IMG/VR virus record: IMGVR_UViG_3300030620_000014
Location: 1-44,023 of that record
Strand: one strand, 5' to 3'
DNA: 44,023 nucleotides
Origin: a virus
Lineage: Duplodnaviria; Caudoviricetes
The translations under genes and the position numbers were made by a program. Under the pieces are notes generated by a model. It worked only from the letters and a program-made list of their open reading frames with translations. It was not told where the DNA came from and made no database searches. Positions 1-8,000 of this stretch are shown in pieces; positions within the stretch are counted from its first letter, which is position 1; every line of letters starts with the position of its first letter.

Positions 1-137
1 GAGTGGTGCAACCGCCGGTTCGTGGAGGAGGAGATCACGGAACAGCGGACGGGCACCGTGCTGATACAGGGCGAGGAGGTGGAGACGACGGAGCGCGTTC
101 CGTTCCGCATCCCCGGCGTGGCGAAGGACGTCCTCCG
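1..137. repeat. Terminal direct repeat, left copy (assembly overlap of a circular or circularly permuted phage genome)
   Basis: 1-137 is identical to 43887-44023 except G127 vs A44013. The PolA reading frame continues across the join. Confidence 0.95.
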
Positions 138-1290
138 GGAGACGCTGCTGTTGGACGTCCTGCCGGAGGACGTCCGGGAGGTGCTCGAGATCCGACAGGA
201 GTGCGGCAAGACATCCCCCGGGAAGCTCAAGGCGATCAAGCGCGGGATCGGTCGCCGGGACGACAGGCTCCGCGGGCTTCTCCTGTACCACGGCGCCGGC
301 ACGGGTCGCTGGTCCGGCCGCCGAGTCCAGCCTCAGAACTTCCCTCGGCCGGACGTGGAGGACGTCGAGCAGTACATCCCGGCGGTGATGCGCGGGGATC
401 GCATAGTCGGCCCGAGCCCGATGTCGGTGGTGACGTCCATGCTCCGGTCGTGCCTGATTGCGAGCGAGGGGCATCATCTCATGGCGGCCGACTACGGACA
501 GATCGAGGCCCGCGTGACTCACTGGTTCGCCGGCGAGCCGTGGGAGGACAACCCTTACGAGCGCATGGCCGGGTTCATCTACGGCCGTCCGTGGCAGGAG
601 ATCGAGGAGGATTCCGTCGAGCGGCAGATCGGGAAGAACACCGTCCTCGGGGCCGGCTTCGGTATGGGGGCGGAGAAGTTTCAAGAGTACACCTACATTG
701 CGACGGGCATCCGCATCCCGCTAGAGGAGGCCGAGAGGGCGATCAACGGATACCGGATGCGGAAGTCCGGCATCCGGGATCTCTGGTACGAGTTGGAGCA
801 GGCGGCGGAAGGCGCGGTGCTCCGACCGGGGGAGATCACGTCTGCCGGCACGGGCGCGGAGGTGCAGTACGTGGCGAGCGGGCAATGGTTGATGTGTCGG
901 CTGCCGAGCGGCCGGGCCATCTTCTACTGCCGGCCGAAAGTCGAGTGGGTAGAGGTGCCGTGGAGCGACACGGACAAACGCCGGGCCGTGACGTTCGAGG
1001 GGGTGAACACCTACACCCGGAAGTGGACACGCGGGTCTATGTACGGGGGGCTCCAGACGGAGAACGTCGTACAGGCGACGGCGCGCGACATCATGGCTGC
1101 GGCCATGGCCCGCGTCGAGGATGCCGGTTACCCGGTAGTGCTGACGGTCCACGACGAGATCATAGCGGACGTGCCGAATGACCACGGCTCCCTCGAGGAC
1201 TTTGAACGACTGATGTCCCGCGTTCCGAAGTGGGCTTCGGGGGTCCCGATCGACGTCAAAGGATGGGAGGGTCAGAGATGGCGAAAGTGA
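1..1290 (+). CDS. polA: Family A DNA polymerase, C-terminal polymerase part (gene starts at 43158 and wraps; about 672 aa in total)
   Basis: TGRWSG..QPQN, motif A ADYGQIEAR, motif B RQIGKNTVLGAGFG, ENVVQATARD and motif C VHDEII. In frame with 43158-43886. Confidence 0.95.
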   Translation, partial: EWCNRRFVEEEITEQRTGTVLIQGEEVETTERVPFRIPGVAKDVLRETLLLDVLPEDVREVLEIRQECGKTSPGKLKAIKRGIGRRDDRLRGLLLYHGAGTGRWSGRRVQPQNFPRPDVEDVEQYIPAVMRGDRIVGPSPMSVVTSMLRSCLIASEGHHLMAADYGQIEARVTHWFAGEPWEDNPYERMAGFIYGRPWQEIEEDSVERQIGKNTVLGAGFGMGAEKFQEYTYIATGIRIPLEEAERAINGYRMRKSGIRDLWYELEQAAEGAVLRPGEITSAGTGAEVQYVASGQWLMCRLPSGRAIFYCRPKVEWVEVPWSDTDKRRAVTFEGVNTYTRKWTRGSMYGGLQTENVVQATARDIMAAAMARVEDAGYPVVLTVHDEIIADVPNDHGSLEDFERLMSRVPKWASGVPIDVKGWEGQRWRK

Positions 1291-1303
1291 CCGGAGGGTG
1301 CGG

Positions 1304-3235
1304 ATGAGCGTTGCACAGAAGCTCCATGCCGCCGGGTTCACGGGCCTCGTGTCCGTGACGCCACCCGACGCACAGATGACTCAGAACAGCCGCATTGCCC
1401 CGGACCAGCGGGGCAAGGTGCCGGGGAAGCGATCCCCGGATGGCTGGCACGGATACCGCTGGAGCAAGGAGGACGTCGATCCGAAGCTGATAGACGAGTG
1501 GGGCGCGAACATCGGCCTCCGGGCGGAGCAGTACCCGGGCCTTGACGTCGACTCCGAGGACCCGGGGTTGACGCTGTTCGTGAAGCGCGAGGCGGAGACG
1601 TTCCTCGGCCCCGCGCCGGCCCGGCAGTCTCGAGCCCCCCGTCTGTTGCTCATGTACCGGGCGGAGGAGCCGATAAAGAAGCAAGCTCTTACGGTCGTGT
1701 ACCGGGGGCAGTCACACACCATAGAACTGCTGGCGAAGGGGCAGCAGTACCTCGTCCATGGAGCGCACCCGAGCGGGTCGCGGTATCGGTGGGGCGGGAC
1801 GTTCCCGCGCAGCCCGGAGGAGCTTACCCTCATCACGGAGGACAAGGCTCGAGGCTTCATGCACCACCTCGCCCGCTTGCTGGAGGGGCAGGGGTTGGAT
1901 GTGGAGGTGATCGGCGCCGGGCGGGCGACCGGGCCGGCCGATCCGGTGCCGGAGATTATCATTCACGGTGCGAGGGACGTCACTATGGCGTCTATCGTCG
2001 GCACGTTCCGGCAGCGTGGTCTCTCGAAAGACGCGGCGCTCGCTGCCGCGCTGATCGAGAACGAGGCGCGGTGCCGGCCGCCGCTCGAGCGGTACGAAGT
2101 CGAGAAGGTCGTCGACTCAATCTACACGAACTACGCCGGCGGGACCCTCGACGTGCGCTCCACCGCGGACGAGGACTTCGGCCCGCTGGCCGAGCCGCCG
2201 GAGGACAGCGGCGAACTGGAGATGGAGAACGCCAACGACATGCTCGACGAGGAGCCCAAGGAACAGACGTGGCTCGTCGAAGGGCTCATCCCCGATGACG
2301 GTGCGAGCATGATTGTCGCCAAGCCGAAAGTCGGGAAGTCGACGGTGGCCCGGGCTCTCGCGGTGGCGGTGGCCCGGGGCGATGAATCGTTTATGGGGCG
2401 GAGGCTCAACACGCACGGCCATGTGTTCTACATATCATTCAAAGGCGAGGGCACGAGGAAGTCGATACACCGGGAACTACACAAGCTGACCGGCGGGCGG
2501 AAGGAAGTCGGCCGGCTGCACATCTTCTGCGACAAGCTCGCCCCGGGGGACATCCTCTCGAGAGTGAAGCGGAGCGTGAAGAAGCACAAGCCGGTGCTCG
2601 TGGTGATCGACACGTTCCAAGCCCTCGCTCAGGTGAAGGACATCAATGATTACTCTATGGCGGCGGAGAAGATCAAGCCGCTGCTCGAACTGGCTGGCGA
2701 CGGTCATATCTTGTTCGTCCACCACAGCCCGAAGAACGCTATCGATGGAGACATGGGAAGTATGGTGCAGGGCTCGACCGTGCTCTACGGACTCATGGAG
2801 TCAGCAGTCGCGGTGTGGCGAGACAAGGATGATCGGCGGGTGCGCTTCCTCATGGCCGAGGGGCGCGAGGTAGAACTTGAGCCTGTCGTGATGAATCTCA
2901 ACCCGGAGACGCACGAGCCCACGCTCGGGCGCACCCGGAAAGAGATGAACGAGATGGACGCGGACGGCGAACTGGTCGCGAGACTCAACGCCGCCGGCGG
3001 GGAGATGAAGCTCCGGGACCTGACGCACGGACGGGATAGCCCCGCGGTCGAGGCGTCCCTGAATCGACTCCTGACTGCCGGGGCGCTGGTGCAGGAAGGA
3101 ACAGGCAAACCCTACGACGCGGTGCGGGTACGAGTCGTGACCGCGTTCGACGACTTCACAGGAGAGGACAATGCGGGACCCGAGCAACCCACAGACCAAG
3201 AGCAGCAACCCGAAGGACCGGGCGGCGGAGGGTGA
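1304..3235 (+). CDS. Primase-polymerase / PriCT-1 / RecA-like (AAA_25) helicase fusion
   Basis: N-terminal prim-pol motifs (ANIGL..LDVD, GQQYLVHGAHPSG..YRW), PriCT-like NEARCRPPLERYEVEKVVDSI, Walker A AKPKVGKST, Walker B VVIDT and FVHHSPK. GGAGG RBS before ATG1304. Confidence 0.9.
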   Translation: MSVAQKLHAAGFTGLVSVTPPDAQMTQNSRIAPDQRGKVPGKRSPDGWHGYRWSKEDVDPKLIDEWGANIGLRAEQYPGLDVDSEDPGLTLFVKREAETFLGPAPARQSRAPRLLLMYRAEEPIKKQALTVVYRGQSHTIELLAKGQQYLVHGAHPSGSRYRWGGTFPRSPEELTLITEDKARGFMHHLARLLEGQGLDVEVIGAGRATGPADPVPEIIIHGARDVTMASIVGTFRQRGLSKDAALAAALIENEARCRPPLERYEVEKVVDSIYTNYAGGTLDVRSTADEDFGPLAEPPEDSGELEMENANDMLDEEPKEQTWLVEGLIPDDGASMIVAKPKVGKSTVARALAVAVARGDESFMGRRLNTHGHVFYISFKGEGTRKSIHRELHKLTGGRKEVGRLHIFCDKLAPGDILSRVKRSVKKHKPVLVVIDTFQALAQVKDINDYSMAAEKIKPLLELAGDGHILFVHHSPKNAIDGDMGSMVQGSTVLYGLMESAVAVWRDKDDRRVRFLMAEGREVELEPVVMNLNPETHEPTLGRTRKEMNEMDADGELVARLNAAGGEMKLRDLTHGRDSPAVEASLNRLLTAGALVQEGTGKPYDAVRVRVVTAFDDFTGEDNAGPEQPTDQEQQPEGPGGGG

Positions 3236-3794
3236 AGCCCGGTGCCCCCTCGCATACCTCCCGTCGCCCGGACTGATCCATGCGGCTCAGGCGATGAGCG
3301 ACGGGGCGAGGAAGTACGGCCCGTACAACTGGCGGGAGGAGGGGGTCGGCGCGATGACCTACCTCTCCGCCGCGGAGCGGCACATCCGCGCATGGCTCGA
3401 CGGCGAGGAGGAAGCTCGAGACAGCGGCGTCCACCACCTCGGCCACGCGGCGGCGTGCTTGATGATCCTCATGGACGCTCAGGCGGTGGGGAACCTCGTG
3501 GACGACCGGCCGGCGCCAGCGCCGACCAACGACCTGCTGGAACAGATCAAGGCGGGCGGGGAGGCCGAGGATGCGCCGCTCTCGGAAGCCGCCGTCGTGG
3601 CCAAGGTGCGGGGGTTGCTGAACGGCGAGTGTCCGGTCTGCAGCCCGGGGGTGTGTTTTGTTTGGCGGAAAGATTCGTGGCCGCAGAAGCTCAAGTTACT
3701 TTTGGAGAAAGAGAAGATCACACAAGCGGAGTACGATGCTTACGTGCAGGCTGCAATGGGGTCGACCAGCTACTTCATCGGGGGGTGCGTATGA
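3171..3794 (+). CDS. dATP/dGTP diphosphohydrolase-domain protein (DUF5664-like)
   Basis: NPKD...P...GARKYGPYNWR...YLSAAERH..AWLDGEE...DSGVHHLGHAAACLMIL..DDRP matches the family signature. Confidence 0.85.
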   Translation: MRDPSNPQTKSSNPKDRAAEGEARCPLAYLPSPGLIHAAQAMSDGARKYGPYNWREEGVGAMTYLSAAERHIRAWLDGEEEARDSGVHHLGHAAACLMILMDAQAVGNLVDDRPAPAPTNDLLEQIKAGGEAEDAPLSEAAVVAKVRGLLNGECPVCSPGVCFVWRKDSWPQKLKLLLEKEKITQAEYDAYVQAAMGSTSYFIGGCV

Positions 3795-4405
3795 GGGCGG
3801 AGACCTACTGGAGGCTCACAAATTGGCTCGGGGTCTTGAAGCCCGGCGCCGGCGGGTGGGCCGAGGGGTCGGTCCGACCGGCTATGGTGCGGTTCCCGAT
3901 GCAGCCGGTGAACAGCTACTCGAACGCCACCTATCCGATGGCCGGCTGGTTCGTCTACGGCGTGGTCGGCACCCCGGAGTCGTTCGTGTTCGCGTTGGCG
4001 ATGTCCGTCCTCGGGGTCGGGAGTTTCCTCTACCACGCTTGGCCCTCGACGCGCACGGCGGCCCTCGACAACTTCGGCATGTACGCGGTGTTCATCTCGC
4101 TGACTACGTTCGTCGTCGGCGGGGGTTGGCTCGCCATGGCGGTCGGCGCATCGGTCGGGGCGTACCTGCTCCGGTATGCGTTCACCCTGAATCTGAACGT
4201 GATGATGGGCGTGTTCCTGTGGTTCGGCGTGGTGGCCACGTTCCCGGGGCGGGACGTCGTGCTCTCCATCATAGCGTTCGCCGTAGCCTTCGCGGCGTGG
4301 CAAGCGGATCGGTGGCGGGTGCGGTTCGTTGGGCGGTGGGGCCACGGGGCGTGGCACGTCCTGACGGCCGCGGCGATTGCCTTCATGTTCTCCGCGGCGG
4401 CGTAA
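3791..4405 (+). CDS. CREST-superfamily multi-TM hydrolase (alkaline ceramidase-like)
   Basis: Starts in an ATGA overlap at 3791. About 7 hydrophobic segments, with QPVNSYSN, GSFLYH (SxxxH), a conserved D (AALDN) and HGAWH (HxxxH). Confidence 0.8.
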   Translation: MRAETYWRLTNWLGVLKPGAGGWAEGSVRPAMVRFPMQPVNSYSNATYPMAGWFVYGVVGTPESFVFALAMSVLGVGSFLYHAWPSTRTAALDNFGMYAVFISLTTFVVGGGWLAMAVGASVGAYLLRYAFTLNLNVMMGVFLWFGVVATFPGRDVVLSIIAFAVAFAAWQADRWRVRFVGRWGHGAWHVLTAAAIAFMFSAAA

Positions 4406-4482
4406 GTCGTTGGTACGGGGATGGCGGCACGAGACTTGCGATACGTGTTGGGGAGGTGCAACCCCCAACGGAGGAGGGCAGC

Positions 4483-4674
4483 ATGTTCGATCTCGGAGAC
4501 ATGGTGACGGTCAAGCCGTCCGGCCGCGCCGGCGTGGTGATCGAGTTCCTGCGCGAAGGTGATGTCCACCCGCTGCGCGGCTCGCGCGTCGACACGTCCT
4601 ACTCGTTTGTGCTCTACGACTCCCTCGGGACCGGCGAGTGGCTGAACGACGACGTGCTCGAGGTGAGGGTATGA
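4483..4674 (+). CDS. Small hypothetical protein (possible SH3/KOW-like fold)
   Basis: GGAGG RBS; FDLGDMVTVKPSGRAGVV pattern; ATGA overlap with the next gene. Confidence 0.6.
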   Translation: MFDLGDMVTVKPSGRAGVVIEFLREGDVHPLRGSRVDTSYSFVLYDSLGTGEWLNDDVLEVRV

Positions 4675-5033
4675 CGATCGCCGAGTTGCAGGAGAAGGTC
4701 GACACGCTCAACGGGCTGTTCATGCCCCGGCGGAAGAAGGACCCGCCGCACTTCGATCTCCGCACACGGGACCGGCGCACCATGCTGATCCGCTGGCGCA
4801 TGGCGCCGACCGCGGTGCGGGAGAACGTGACGGAGTTCCTGCCGGCCTCGGAACTCGGTGCCTTCCTCGACGCCTTCACGGCGGGGGTGGGCGTGGGCCG
4901 GGAGAAGGGTGTCCAGTCCGGGCTGGCCAAGGCCGCCCGGGCGCAGAGTCGAAAGCGTCACACCGCGGAGGAGGTGCGGGTGTACCTCCAGCAACCCGGG
5001 GTCATGGAGGTGGCGCGGAAGCTTCTGCGCTGA
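4671..5033 (+). CDS. Hypothetical protein
   Basis: ATGA-coupled start; last gene before the convergent hairpin. Confidence 0.65.
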   Translation: MTIAELQEKVDTLNGLFMPRRKKDPPHFDLRTRDRRTMLIRWRMAPTAVRENVTEFLPASELGAFLDAFTAGVGVGREKGVQSGLAKAARAQSRKRHTAEEVRVYLQQPGVMEVARKLLR

Positions 5034-5045
5034 TCCCGCAACGCA

Positions 5046-5082
5046 GAAAGGCCCCGTTGGCGACGTGCCAACGGGGCCTTTC
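5046..5082. terminator. Probable bidirectional intrinsic terminator between the convergent arms
   Basis: Perfect 16-bp stem GAAAGGCCCCGTTGGC/GCCAACGGGGCCTTTC with a 5-nt loop, lying between the stops at 5033 (+) and 5089 (-). Confidence 0.85.
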
Positions 5083-5088
5083 GCTTTC

Positions 5089-8000
5089 CTACCTGTCGCC
5101 CGCTCCGGGCAGCGGGGACTTCGTGAGAAGTCCCCGTTTCTTCGCCGCCTGAGTCAGGGTCGCCAGATCGTCGATCGCATCCTGCATCCCGGGCGTCAGC
5201 CCGCCCGGCCGCTGCTCCGTCAGGAACGCGGACTCGGGGATCTCCTCGCTGAGCAGGGCTTGCTCGGCGATGTCCTCCGTCGACCGCACGCCGAACCTCG
5301 CCGCCGCCTCGTCCCGGTTGAAGAACTGGCCGCCGGGCGTGGTGAAGCCCTGCTCGAGATCCGCGATCTTGTGTCCGTCCGCGACGGCTTCGTTCATGGC
5401 CTCGCCATGGAACCGCGCACGGTAGAGTGTCCCGTCCGGGGCAAGCACGGTCGCCTGCAAGTCGTCCGGCGAGGTAACCTTCATGGCGTCCTCCACCATG
5501 GTCGACTCGCCGTACATCGCACCCGAGGCCATGGCCGTCTCCTCGCGCGTCAGGAAGCGCCCGGTCTCCGTGTCGTAGAACCCGTCGACGATACCACTCT
5601 CTAAACCCCCACGCAGCATCCGCCGCTGGAGCGCGGGATCGGTGACCGCCATCGGGTCGTGGGCGATCCCCGTGGGGTACGCCTGCCCGCTTACTTCATC
5701 GAAGAACCCGGGGAGGAATCGCTGCCCTTTGTCCTGCAATCGGGCTACGTCGGCCGTCGTCTCCGGGGTCAACCCCTTCGTCGTGAGACCAGCCTCCCGG
5801 CCCAAGGTCCGGGCCGCCCGGGCCGCCGTCTTGCCCAAGTGGTTCCAGTCCAGCCGGCGGCCGCCCGGGATCATCCCGGCGAGGAGAAGCTCCTCCTCCC
5901 CGGTGGCGGTGGCTGCCGCCCCCGCCGCGGCCAGCGCGGTGAGTTGGAACAAGAACTGCTCCGTGGCACCCTTCTGTCCGGCCCGCTCGAACTTCTCCAT
6001 CCGCTGCACGATCGCGCGAACGTCCGCCTCGCGGATGAGCGCCGGGTCGAACTCCGGGCTGATGTGGTCCGGGACGAACTCCACCCGGCCCATACCGTAC
6101 AGATCGAGGATCTCGTCTGTCGCCTCGTCGCCTCCGCTCAGGAGGCTGGAGTAGCTCGGCATAGCTTCTATGCGTCGGCGGATGCCGCCCGTGATACCGC
6201 CCGGCTCCTTCGCGATCTCCTCGAGGGCCGCGCCGATCGTCTTGCGGTTCCGCACCGTACCGATCTCCTCGGAGAGCGCCTTGAACACGGTCCATTGCAT
6301 CGCCTGAACTTCCCGCGGCGTGACCGTGGTCCCTGTGATCTCGGACAACTGCTTCGCCGCGGCGCGAGTGCTTGCGTTCATGGCGAGCTTCCGCGCCTTG
6401 GACAGTTCCGGCAGGGCGCCCGCGCCACGGAGCATATGCGTGTCCTGCGTTATCCGCTGCGTGTTGCCCATGAGGTTCGCGTAGAACGGGTCTACCTTCG
6501 GCCCGGAGAGGATCGAAGGCTCCTTCCGTCCAGCCTTTGTGAGCTTGCGGTCCGGGTGGAGTAGGCTCGGGTCGCCCTTAGTCGTGAATCGGTCGAGGAA
6601 CTTCGGGGACATCAATTCTTTCTCCGAAGCCGTCAGCGACGTGATGGCGTTGTCCACCGCGTTCGGTACGGCCCCCTCGGGCTGCCCGAACGTCTCGAAG
6701 ATCCGCTTGATCTCGTCCGCGTCCGCCGGCCGTCCGGCCTTGTCCCACTCGCCCCACACCCGCAAGGCGGACCGGAGGTTGTTGTCCACCGGAGCATTGG
6801 CACTCGTGGCCGCGAGCAGCGCCGTGAAGCGCGGGGCATCGAAACCGAACATCTTCACGATCGAGTCGGCACTCGCGTCGTACCACCGCTGCGCCTGTGC
6901 TCCGAGGATCGCGATCGACGCCCCCTGCCGTGCGGACGTCGTGAGGGAGAAGCTCCTGAGCGCGTCCTCCTGCGACCGGGCCGGCATGGCGGCGAACGCC
7001 TCCGCCTCCGTCGGCGTGAGGGACGCCATGAACGCTGAGGCTCGAGCCTCCGTCCTCGCCGGCACCGTCTCGTCCAGCCGAGCGCGGAGCATGGCCTGAC
7101 CGATCTCGTCGTCCAGACGCACCGCCTCGAACTCCGGGTCTGCGAGGTTCAGGATCGAGTGCTCGCCTCGAGCCGTGCCGAACGCCCGCGCGTCGTCCTG
7201 AGAGTCGAACCCTCGGCCGACGTTGAGTTCATGTTTCCCGTGGGCGAAGTCCTCGTCCCCCTCCCTGATCCGCGTCCCGTCCTCCCGGGTGCGGTTGTTC
7301 CACGTCGCCACCGTGGCCCCCTCCTCCGAGAGGGCGTCGGCGTGCTCCGCCCGGAACCGGGCGATGTCCTCGGGGGTCGGCGGGCGATCGAGCAGCACCG
7401 GCTCGCCGGCCGCCACCGCCCACTTGTCCTGACCGACCATGTTCGCTCCGCTCTTGGCGTCGAACGTCGAACCTCCGAACTCTCCGTGGGCCTTGGCTAC
7501 CGTCTCGTCCATCCGGGTCGTCATCACTCGAGGAGGCGGCGTGACGTACTCCGGCCCGTTCGCCCACTCCTCCATCAGGAACACCTTCTGCTCCGCGAAG
7601 GGGCGATCACGCGGGGCGAGTCCCCGATGCGGTCCGAAGCTGAACCACGAGTTCTGCCCCCGGGTCTCCGTCAGCATGGCCGGGCGGGCCGCGTCCGAGA
7701 ACATGACGGAGTGCATCCGCGCGGCCGACTCCTCGCCGTGCGCGGCGAAGTTGTTCTGCTGCGCGAAATGCCCCCAATAATCGTGGTCCGCCCGGAGCAT
7801 GTTGTTCGCCTCCGCAGACAGGAGCGGGTGATGATCGGCCGTAGACGCGAACACCTTGAGGCGGCCGTTTTCCGTGATGTCTTGCATCATCTCCGCGGAC
7901 GTCTTGTACGGGTCGTCCTCGGTGAAGATGACCTTGATCCCCGCCCCGCCGTCGAGGCGACTGCGGGTCAGCCACTCGAACTGATCCCGTACTTCCTGCT

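Noticed and set aside
3242-3790. N-terminal extension of the 387-aa ORF 3242-4405
   Set aside because: It overlaps the DUF5664 gene in another frame. The true start is more likely ATG3791 in an ATGA overlap.
3171-3794. Z-genome (2-aminoadenine) system
   Set aside because: No PurZ or adenylosuccinate-synthetase-like ORF is recognisable anywhere in the genome.
4446-4470. Hairpin GTTGGGG/CCCCAAC after the CREST gene as a terminator
   Set aside because: It is short, has no U-tract and abuts the next RBS, so no function can be supported.
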